The notes under the pieces were generated by a model. The model was not told where the DNA came from and searched no databases. It was given only the letters and a program-made list of their open reading frames with translations. A stretch of 44,460 nt of DNA, from positions 1 to 44,460 of IMG/VR virus record IMGVR_UViG_3300037462_000270, one strand, 5' to 3'. The stretch comes from a virus. Taxonomy: Duplodnaviria; Caudoviricetes. The stretch's first letter is position 1. Each line of letters begins with the position of its first letter. Position numbers and translations under genes: made by a program. Of this stretch, positions 8,230-14,724 are shown one piece after another.

Positions 8230-8637
8230 TCAGAACAACAGGCCGGTTGCCGCCGGCGTGCTGTCAGGAATGGGCCGCACTGCGCGTCCCGTGATGCTCG
8301 CAACGGCAGGCAGACTCGCGAGGTAGCCAGGCGTGCCCGGTGCCACCTTCGGAGCAAGCGCCCACACAATGCACTTGCGCCCGTTGCCGTTGGCGCGGCG
8401 CTCCCCGCTGTCGACCAGTAGGCCCGCTTCGACCATGTGTCGAATTTGCGCGGACACCGTCTGATGCTTCATGCCGGTGCGCTGCTCGATCTCGTCGCTG
8501 GTGGCGCCGCCCGCCGTCTCGATGGCGCGAAGGATGTCGGCATCGACGGCCGGCAGCGAGGCCCACACGCTCTCGAGCGCGTCGCGGGACGTCTCGCGGT
8601 ACGTGGCCAACACGCGCGTGTAGCGGTTCTCCGCCAT
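8230..8637 (-). CDS. Winged-helix DNA-binding protein
   Basis: GATSDEIEQRTGMKHQTVSAQIRHMVEAGLLVDSGERR...GRKCIVW; ATG at 8637. Confidence 0.8.
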   Translation of the reverse strand: MAENRYTRVLATYRETSRDALESVWASLPAVDADILRAIETAGGATSDEIEQRTGMKHQTVSAQIRHMVEAGLLVDSGERRANGNGRKCIVWALAPKVAPGTPGYLASLPAVASITGRAVRPIPDSTPAATGLLF

Positions 8638-8987
8638 CACTCCCCTGCCATTTCGTCGAGGAGCGACACCACCCGCGAGAGGGCGTCGCGCAGTTCGCGC
8701 GTCTGTCGCTGCTTGTTGTTGGCGCGGCGCACCTCGTGCCCGCAGTACTCGGTCAGCAGGACCGCGAACTCCGCCAGCACGTCGGGCGACTTCGCGATCT
8801 GGCCGATCCACAGCCGCTCCGTGCCCGCGAGCTGCCGCGACAGGAGCGAGTTGTCCACGCCCATCTCGATCGCCGCGGCCTTCTGCGACCCCACCGACCG
8901 CATCACGGCCTCACGCAGCAGGTCGAGCACCTCACGCTGCCGCGTTTCGTGGTCTTCATTCATCCCGGAGGCGAAGGGGACGCCCAT
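8637..8987 (-). CDS. CII-like HTH transcriptional regulator
   Basis: GSQKAAAIEMGVDNSLLSRQL resembles the lambda CII HTH; position downstream of cro; GAGGT SD. Confidence 0.6.
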   Translation of the reverse strand: MGVPFASGMNEDHETRQREVLDLLREAVMRSVGSQKAAAIEMGVDNSLLSRQLAGTERLWIGQIAKSPDVLAEFAVLLTEYCGHEVRRANNKQRQTRELRDALSRVVSLLDEMAGE

Positions 8988-8995
8988 GGATGACC

Positions 8996-9358
8996 TCACT
9001 TCCCCGAATGCAGATTGAGGACTTTTGCGCTGGCGCGCGCCGTACCCTGCGAGGCATGCGAGTCCTGGCCGATTCCGCCGTGCGTCGTCTCCACCCATCG
9101 TTCGAGGTCTGCTCTCAGATAGAGGTTGGTCCGCCCAGCCTTGCAGGGCCGGAGGTCTTGCCGCTTGGCCCACATCCAGAAGGCGTTGGGCGAGGGGAAG
9201 CGCAGGTAGTCCGCCGCTTCGTCGAGCGAGAGATACCGCTGCGTCGCGAGCACGCGGTGATCGAAGCCCGCGCGCGACAGGTGGCCCGCCTGCGTCGGCG
9301 CCTGCGCTGCGCCCTGGCCGCGCTCACCGCTGAACTGGACCGCCTGTGCGCGCCTCAC
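8996..9358 (-). CDS. Excisionase-like HTH_17 DNA-binding protein
   Basis: YLSLDEAADYLRF...KAGRTNLYLRADLERWV. Confidence 0.75.
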   Translation of the reverse strand: MRRAQAVQFSGERGQGAAQAPTQAGHLSRAGFDHRVLATQRYLSLDEAADYLRFPSPNAFWMWAKRQDLRPCKAGRTNLYLRADLERWVETTHGGIGQDSHASQGTARASAKVLNLHSGK

Positions 9359-9585
9359 GATGCCTGCTCCAGCGCCACCGGAGTCGGGAACAGCGTGTCG
9401 ACCGCGACGCCAAAGTAGGCCGCGAGTGCCTCGCGCTCTTCATCGGTGGGGACGGCGTAGCCCTTTTCGATGCGCCAGTAGCGATCACGGGACATGCCGA
9501 TGGCCACCGAGACGTCGTACTGAGCGACCTCTTTTTCGGCCCGTCGCACCCGCAGGGTGTTCCGTGGGACGGTGTGCAGAGTCAT
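9355..9585 (-). CDS. Cro-like XRE-family HTH regulator
   Basis: LRVRRAEKEVAQYDVSVAIGMSRDRYWRIEKG...LAAYFGVAVDTLF; divergent from CI-like gene. Confidence 0.85.
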   Translation of the reverse strand: MTLHTVPRNTLRVRRAEKEVAQYDVSVAIGMSRDRYWRIEKGYAVPTDEEREALAAYFGVAVDTLFPTPVALEQAS

Positions 9586-9587
9586 GA

Positions 9588-9606
9588 TGTCCGTACTGTA
9601 CGGACA
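9588..9606. promoter_or_regulatory. Operator-like perfect palindrome
   Basis: TGTCCGTAC-T-GTACGGACA overlapping the -10 box of the lytic promoter. Confidence 0.75.
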
Positions 9607-9623
9607 GTCTGCACAGTTGTCAA
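9595..9623 (-). promoter_or_regulatory. Strong sigma70-type early lytic promoter (PR-like)
   Basis: Minus strand TTGACA (9623-9618), 17-nt spacer, TACAGT (9600-9595), just upstream of cro ATG 9585. Confidence 0.85.
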
Positions 9624-9652
9624 CAGAAATCGGAATCGGCAACGATCCCGGC

Positions 9653-9952
9653 GTGACGTGCTTCGGAGACCGCCTGTTCGCGCTCACGCGATCACTCGGT
9701 CATGACAACAATTCGGAGCTCGCGCGCCTGCTCGGCCTGAGCCGGCCACGCATCCAGGCGTTGTTGAACGCCATCTTCCCGCCCGACCTGCCCACCCTGC
9801 AGTTGTTGTCTCAGACCTTGGGCGTGCCCATCGAGGCGTTCCTCGAGGGCGTCCGCACGGCGAAGATGCCGCGGCCGGTCGATGCGCTGGCGGAAACGTT
9901 CCTGGTGTCGCGCCCCCCGCAGAAGCACGCGCAGAAGCGGAAGGTCGGATAG
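9653..9952 (+). CDS. CI-like XRE-family repressor (HTH only, no S24 peptidase domain)
   Basis: FGDRLFALTR...NSELARLLGLSRPRIQALL...PDLPTLQLLSQTLGVPIEAFL; GTG 9653 inferred as start. Confidence 0.75.
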   Translation: MTCFGDRLFALTRSLGHDNNSELARLLGLSRPRIQALLNAIFPPDLPTLQLLSQTLGVPIEAFLEGVRTAKMPRPVDALAETFLVSRPPQKHAQKRKVG

Positions 9953-10350
9953 TGGGGGCCGCGCACCTATTCGCGGCTACTCGAAAGAAACGCACGCCAG
10001 CTCAACCACGAACAGCCACCGACATTGGTCAACCTGATGTTGCCCTTTTGTCCGCCCCATGCGTTGTCCTTGGGGCCGACTGGCGCTATCTGGCCGCGAA
10101 CCCGGCCGCCCTAGACATGCTCGGCCTCGAGCCCAGCGCCATCATCGGCCGCAACGTGTGGGACCTCTACCCGCAGGTCTACGACAACACCATCGGGCAG
10201 ACCATGCGCCGCGCCATGCAGGAGCGCCGGCTCGTCTCGGCCGTGTACTTCTCGGAGGAGGGCACCTGCCACATCGCGCACGCCTTCCCGCACCCCGACG
10301 GCATTCGCGTAGAGTTCTGGATCCGCGTGAAACGGGAGATCCCCGGATGA
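9952..10350 (+). CDS. Stand-alone PAS-domain protein
   Basis: VVLGADWRYLAANPAALDMLGLEPSAIIGRNVWDLYP...MRRAMQERR...AFPHPDGIRVEF is a PAS_4-type pattern; true start may be TTG 10048. Confidence 0.8.
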   Translation: MGAAHLFAATRKKRTPAQPRTATDIGQPDVALLSAPCVVLGADWRYLAANPAALDMLGLEPSAIIGRNVWDLYPQVYDNTIGQTMRRAMQERRLVSAVYFSEEGTCHIAHAFPHPDGIRVEFWIRVKREIPG

Positions 10351-10511
10351 CCGACCGCGACCGCGCATGGACCGGCGTGTGGCTGCTGGTGCTCGGCCTC
10401 GCCATGCTCGTGTACTACGAGCGCCGCCAGCTCGAGACGCTCACCCGCATCCACGAGGAACTGCGCGTGCACACCGCCCGCCTCGAGCGCCTCACCCGCG
10501 CCGTGCAGTAG
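10347..10511 (+). CDS. Small membrane-anchored coiled-coil protein (54 aa)
   Basis: ATGA overlap with PAS gene; WTGVWLLVLGLAMLVYY then heptad region. Confidence 0.7.
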   Translation: MTDRDRAWTGVWLLVLGLAMLVYYERRQLETLTRIHEELRVHTARLERLTRAVQ

Positions 10512-10514
10512 TCG

Positions 10515-11594
10515 GTGGGCGTCTACACCCGGAAGGATTCCCCGTGGTGGTGGCTGTGGCTCGAGCGCCCCGGACAGCCCGGGCTGCGCGAGCGCACCGC
10601 CATCCGCCACGAGGCGCCCACCGCGGCGCAGCGCAAGGCCCTCCGCGACCTGGCCGAAGCCGCGTACCGGGTCCGCATGGCCGAACTGGCGCGCGGCACG
10701 TACGCGCTCCCCGGCGCCCGCCCGGCCATCACGTTCGCGCGGTTCGCCGACTGGTACGAGGCGCACGTCAGCGCCCACCAGGCCGGCGCCGTCCGGGAGC
10801 GAGAAATCCTCACCACCCTGCGCGCCACCTTCGGGCCGCTGGCGCTGGCCGACGTCACCCGCGACCGCGTCCGCGAATGGATGACCCGCCGCAGTCAGAC
10901 CGTGCGGCCCGCCACCGTCAACCGAGAGCTCGACCTGCTCAAGTCCCTCCTGCGCGAGGCCGTCCCTGCCTACCTCGAGACGTCCCCCGTGGCCGGCATG
11001 CGCCGGCTGCCCGCGAAGCGCCCCGCCGGCACCGACGCCGCCGACGACGAGGTCCGGGTCCTCACCCACGAGGAGGAGACCCGCCTGCTCGAGGCCCTGA
11101 GCGACCCCAGAGACCGCGCGCTCGTCCTGGCCGCGATCGACACCATGGCCCGCCTCAGTTCCCTGCTCGGCCTCACCTGGCGGGACGACCGTGGCGCGCA
11201 TCTCGTGTTCCGACGCACCAAGAACGGGACGACGTACAAGGTGCCGATCAGCACCCGCCTGCGCACCGCGCTGGACGGCATGCCCGACCGAGACCCCGTC
11301 TACGTGTTCGCCCACCGCCGCACGGCCACGCTGGCGCGCGACTGGCGCGGGGTTGTCGGCAACGTCCTCGAGCGGGCCTGTGCCCGGGCTGGCGTGACGT
11401 TCGGCCGTGAGCACGGCGGCATCACGTTCCACAGCTTCCGGCACACCGGGGCGTCGCGCATGATCGCCGCCGGCGTCGACCTGCGCACCGTGCAGGAGCT
11501 CGGCGGCTGGTCGGACATCCGGCTCCTGATGCGGTACGTGCATCCCACCAGCGAGGCGAAGCGCCGGGCCGTCGAGACCGTCAGCGAACGATGA
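10515..11594 (+). CDS. int: Tyrosine recombinase / phage integrase
   Basis: ATVNRELDLLK; catalytic R (TMARLSSL), K (TKNG), HSFRH, LGGW, Y (LMRYVH); adjacent tRNA-derived attP. Confidence 0.95.
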   Translation: MGVYTRKDSPWWWLWLERPGQPGLRERTAIRHEAPTAAQRKALRDLAEAAYRVRMAELARGTYALPGARPAITFARFADWYEAHVSAHQAGAVREREILTTLRATFGPLALADVTRDRVREWMTRRSQTVRPATVNRELDLLKSLLREAVPAYLETSPVAGMRRLPAKRPAGTDAADDEVRVLTHEEETRLLEALSDPRDRALVLAAIDTMARLSSLLGLTWRDDRGAHLVFRRTKNGTTYKVPISTRLRTALDGMPDRDPVYVFAHRRTATLARDWRGVVGNVLERACARAGVTFGREHGGITFHSFRHTGASRMIAAGVDLRTVQELGGWSDIRLLMRYVHPTSEAKRRAVETVSER

Positions 11595-11811
11595 CGGACA
11601 CCCGAGGCAGACCCATCGCTGCCGCGTCGGCGGCGTTCTGGCGCACGGCCTCATCGAGCACAGGGTGTCCGTGCTCGGCCCGCCATCGCAGGAGTCCGGC
11701 CGTTGCCTCTTCGGCTGTCGCGCCCGCCTGCATCCGCTCGCGCATGTAGGTCGCATCCGCCGCGGCTTCGGCCAGTTCCGCCCCGGCGACCCGATTGAAG
11801 AAGTTCCCCAT
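11581..11811 (-). CDS. Hypothetical protein next to attP (moron-like)
   Basis: 76-aa ORF; TACACT -10-like box 6 nt upstream of ATG. Confidence 0.55.
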   Translation of the reverse strand: MGNFFNRVAGAELAEAAADATYMRERMQAGATAEEATAGLLRWRAEHGHPVLDEAVRQNAADAAAMGLPRVSVIVR

Positions 11812-11920
11812 CGGCACAGTGTACGCCCGGGAGTGTAGCGGGAGCAGGATCCGACGGCGTGTGTGGATTCCCGTGGAGTCGCGTGGGTGAGCGGGAGCGG
11901 AGCGGGAGTGGCAGACACGC

Positions 11921-11958
11921 GAAAGGGCGCCCGATTGCAGGCGCCCTTGTGCGTTTTT
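11921..11958. terminator. Hairpin terminator downstream of the tRNA fragment (possibly bidirectional)
   Basis: AAGGGCGCC / GGCGCCCTT stem (11923-11948), short T runs following on both strands. Confidence 0.65.
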
Positions 11959-11972
11959 CCCAAGGATTTCAG

Positions 11973-12020
11973 TGGTGGACGGCAGGAGGCTCGAACTCCC
12001 GACCTCCGCGTTGCGAACGC
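11973..12020 (-). other. attP core: 3' half of tRNA-Ala(CGC)
   Basis: Minus strand GCGTTCGCAACGCGGAGGTCGGGAGTTCGAGCCTCCTGCCGTCCACCA: CGC anticodon loop, T-arm, U70, A73, CCA; no D-arm or 5' acceptor strand. Confidence 0.9.
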
Positions 12021-12110
12021 CGTGACGTGCCGCCGCAACTGCCGACAGGGGAACGTTTTACAACGACGCTCCCGGCCAGCGTGAGCGTAGCGGGAGCAGA
12101 CCCGCCGATC

Positions 12111-12380
12111 TCACCGTTCCCGCGTCCACTGGATGTACCCGCCGTAGCTGGTCGGCTTGCCCCGGAACGTCACCTTGACGCCCGCATCCAGCCGCCCGCC
12201 GGCCACCTTCGTCACGGTGGCCACGGCCCGCACTTCGGCGCCCGCCGCCTCCGTGATGTCGAAGGCCAGCCGCACGCCCGTGCGCGACAACCCGCCGATC
12301 TCGACCTCCGCGAGCTGCAGCAGGTCCCGGTAGGCGTCCACCGGGATCGCCGCCACGATCGGCACGGCCGGCTCGGTCAC
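12111..12380 (-). CDS. Hypothetical protein, last gene of lysis block
   Basis: GTGA overlap with holin stop. Confidence 0.6.
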   Translation of the reverse strand: MTEPAVPIVAAIPVDAYRDLLQLAEVEIGGLSRTGVRLAFDITEAAGAEVRAVATVTKVAGGRLDAGVKVTFRGKPTSYGGYIQWTRER

Positions 12381-12670
12381 GGCTGGAGCCCGTCCTTCGT
12401 GTTCTCGCGCGCCATGTCCTGCACTCTGTAGGTGGGCGTGTCCGGACTGTTCCGAAGGCCAAGGACGACCAGCCACCGCTGGTACAGCGTCGTCCGGTGC
12501 AGGAGCCAGAACTCCCACGCCCGGTCGACTACGAGGAAGGCGAGCACCGACGCGCCCTCCTGCATCAGCGAGTCGTCGACGAAGTTCCAGCGCACGAGGT
12601 ACGCGCCGAGCATCGCGACGGCCGCACGAACGATGGAGACCGCGATGGCGCGGAGTGTGGAGTTACCCAT
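12377..12670 (-). CDS. Putative holin
   Basis: Two hydrophobic segments, charged C-terminus, downstream of endolysin; ATG 12670 with GGAGG SD. Confidence 0.6.
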   Translation of the reverse strand: MGNSTLRAIAVSIVRAAVAMLGAYLVRWNFVDDSLMQEGASVLAFLVVDRAWEFWLLHRTTLYQRWLVVLGLRNSPDTPTYRVQDMARENTKDGLQP

Positions 12671-13037
12671 GGACGGCCTCCATATGCCAGTTCCACTCAA
12701 CCTCCGCGATGCCCGCACGACTCGGATGCGGGTCATGCACTAGCGCGCCGCCGCTGTAGATGACAGAGTGCCGAACGCCACGGGGCGACACGCCAGAAGC
12801 GATGTAGAACTCCGGCAGCACCGGGTTGTCGTCTGGCCACGTGCGTACAAGTTGCACGCCGAAGCACCGGCGGAGCCAGTCCTGCGTGCGCGCCTCCCAC
12901 TCTGATTCGCGCATCTCCTCGAATGGCGGCACCATCCACAGCGGCACGTCCAGCAGCGACGCCAGCGCAGCCGCGAAGCAGTTGCCCCGGTGTGAGGCGT
13001 CAGGCCGATAGAGCTTGCTCTGGTCCACTGGCGTCAT
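12663..13037 (-). CDS. Papain/C39-like cysteine peptidase-fold protein
   Basis: Q...GNCFAAALASLL, HSVI, HDPHP (Cys-His-Asp order). Confidence 0.65.
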   Translation of the reverse strand: MTPVDQSKLYRPDASHRGNCFAAALASLLDVPLWMVPPFEEMRESEWEARTQDWLRRCFGVQLVRTWPDDNPVLPEFYIASGVSPRGVRHSVIYSGGALVHDPHPSRAGIAEVEWNWHMEAVHG

Positions 13038-13039
13038 CG

Positions 13040-13885
13040 TCAGAACCTCAGCGCGCCGCGCGAGCGCAGCCAGGCGAACACGCGCTCGATGGCCGCGAGC
13101 ACTTCGGCGCGATTGGCGTCCAGCCGCTGCAGGATGTCCGTGATGTGGTTCGGCGCGTCATCGCCAGGGCCATTGCCGATCATGTCGTCCACGAACTCGT
13201 TCACGAGACCCAAGTCGGGAGGGGCCGGTTCTGGTTGCGGGCGGTTCTTCAGTTCGTCCACGTCGGCCTGCAGCTTCGCCAGCGCCACCAGCACCGGCGC
13301 CAGGTCGACCGTCGCCGGCGGAGGCGTCACGACGGGCGGAGGCGGTCTCACCGGATCGACGCCCCCATCACCATCTGACAGACATGCCGGGAAACGGCCG
13401 GACGGAGCCACCCACACCCCCGTGGTACCAGCCGCGATCGTTGGGTCGGTCTGGTCGATCCACGCCGGCGAGGCATTCGGCGCACCCGCGCTGCCGATGA
13501 TGTCGATTACCGCGCCGCCAAAGGGACTCTGCGAGGTAGGGAAGAAAATGGCGTCGTGAGACGGGTCGTTGCGGTTGCCCCGCTTGCCGTTGCGCCCCCA
13601 GTTCTCAGCCGGGAACAGCCGGCGCAACTCCATGACCACGGCGTCGGTGAACGCGTGATCCTGCAGGACGAGACCGGGGCACTGAGCCGCGACGCTCTTG
13701 ACGACGTCGAGGCGATTGGGCGCGTAGGCGCCGCCGCGCGCCGTGACCCTGAACTCACTGGCCTGCGCCAGCGTGGGCGCCGTGATAGACACGGCGGACA
13801 CGGACTGCCCGGTCGCTGCCGAGGGCGCCAGCATCGCCGCCAGGACGATCAGCACTGCTCGAAGTACACGCACTGCCACGCTCAA
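13040..13885 (-). CDS. Secreted or membrane-anchored protein with Pro-rich linker and C-terminal coiled coil
   Basis: N-terminal hydrophobic signal; WGRNGKRG...SHD...IDII core; follows endolysin. Confidence 0.7.
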   Translation of the reverse strand: MSVAVRVLRAVLIVLAAMLAPSAATGQSVSAVSITAPTLAQASEFRVTARGGAYAPNRLDVVKSVAAQCPGLVLQDHAFTDAVVMELRRLFPAENWGRNGKRGNRNDPSHDAIFFPTSQSPFGGAVIDIIGSAGAPNASPAWIDQTDPTIAAGTTGVWVAPSGRFPACLSDGDGGVDPVRPPPPVVTPPPATVDLAPVLVALAKLQADVDELKNRPQPEPAPPDLGLVNEFVDDMIGNGPGDDAPNHITDILQRLDANRAEVLAAIERVFAWLRSRGALRF

Positions 13886-13903
13886 TCCGGCCAGGACCGA
13901 GAG

Positions 13904-14395
13904 TTACCGAGGGGAAGCCAACCGATAGAACCGATGCCCGCCGACCACCGCGATCGGCTCCTTACCCACCGCCCACACCGGCACCCGCCCCGGCGGAATC
14001 ATCGCCGCCGGCGCGTAGTAGTGGTCCGCGCCGTTGGTGGGGTCCACACCGAGGCCCGCCATCACATCGTCGGCGACCTGCAGCGCCCGCGCCAGCGCCG
14101 ACCCGGGCCGCGGCACGGGTCCGTCGATCAACTGCCGCGCCGCCGCCAGCACCGCCTGCTGATTGCCGACGCCGCCGAACGACCACCAGCACGAGAACTG
14201 CGCCGGCCGCAGGCACACGCCTTTCCAGCCGTCCCCGAACCGTCGCGGCTGCGCCAGGCGATTCCGCACCACCCACGCCACCGCGTGCTGCCCGATGAGT
14301 GGTTCCCGCCGCGCCTCACCGAACACCGTGCACGCCAGCGTGAGCCGGTCGTCGAGTTCGGCACGTACCTGCTGCCCCGTCATGTCAGTCGGCAT
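13904..14395 (-). CDS. Cell wall hydrolase, SleB/Hydrolase_2 family (endolysin)
   Basis: LACTVFGEARRE...AVAWVVRNR...QFSCW...DPTNGADHYY...PVWA...GGHRFY. Confidence 0.9.
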   Translation of the reverse strand: MPTDMTGQQVRAELDDRLTLACTVFGEARREPLIGQHAVAWVVRNRLAQPRRFGDGWKGVCLRPAQFSCWWSFGGVGNQQAVLAAARQLIDGPVPRPGSALARALQVADDVMAGLGVDPTNGADHYYAPAAMIPPGRVPVWAVGKEPIAVVGGHRFYRLASPR

Positions 14396-14400
14396 ACGAA

Positions 14401-14511
14401 GACCCCGAGCGGGCGCCCGTCGTGGAGGCGTCGGGCCCATTCCAGCGACCTACGCCGCTGGTCCGACGCCATGACGGCGCAAGGGAGGACCCGCCCGGGG
14501 TCAACCGGGCG
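14401..14511. promoter_or_regulatory. Long nested inverted-repeat structure upstream of endolysin
   Basis: Nested pairs GACCCCG/CGGGGTC, GCGGG/CCCGC, CCGTCGTGG/CCATGACGG, GGCGTCGG/CCGACGCC, CCAGCG/CGCTGG; competing hairpin 14492-14511. Confidence 0.6.
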
Positions 14512-14565
14512 AAACTCAGATGAGCGCCGCACGCCGCGGCACTCGCGCTAGACTGCCGGCCGTCC

Positions 14566-14724
14566 ATGTGGAACGCCCTGCGGTACGGCCTGGCCGCCTT
14601 CGGCGCGTACCTCCTCATCGGCCACTTCGTGCTGACGTGGGGCCCACTCGGAGCCGCGTGGTTTCTCGGCGCGCCGCTCATATACGGCCTCGGGCGGGGG
14701 CTGCTGGGCCATCGGGACCTGTAG
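14566..14724 (+). CDS. Small two-helix membrane protein on the opposite strand (52 aa, not in ORF track)
   Basis: MWNALRYGLAAFGAYLLIGHFVLTWGPLGAAWFLGAPLIYGLGRGLLGHRDL; TAGACT -10-like box at 14549-14554. Confidence 0.6.
   Translation: MWNALRYGLAAFGAYLLIGHFVLTWGPLGAAWFLGAPLIYGLGRGLLGHRDL

Larger units (their letters stand above)
11831..12099. repeat. Putative integrase arm-type sites flanking attP core
   Basis: GAGTGTAGCGGGAGCAG (11831-11847), GAGCGGAGCGGGAGTGG (11895-11911), GAGCGTAGCGGGAGCAG (12083-12099). Confidence 0.6.

Noticed and set aside
10179-12038. 619-aa minus-strand ORF
   Set aside because: Antisense shadow of the integrase and crosses attP
11973-12050. Complete phage tRNA gene
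   Set aside because: Similarity stops at 12020; D-arm and 5' acceptor strand are missing, so it is an att core
11831-12099. CRISPR-like repeat array
   Set aside because: Only three short, irregularly spaced degenerate repeats and no cas genes; better explained as integrase arm sites
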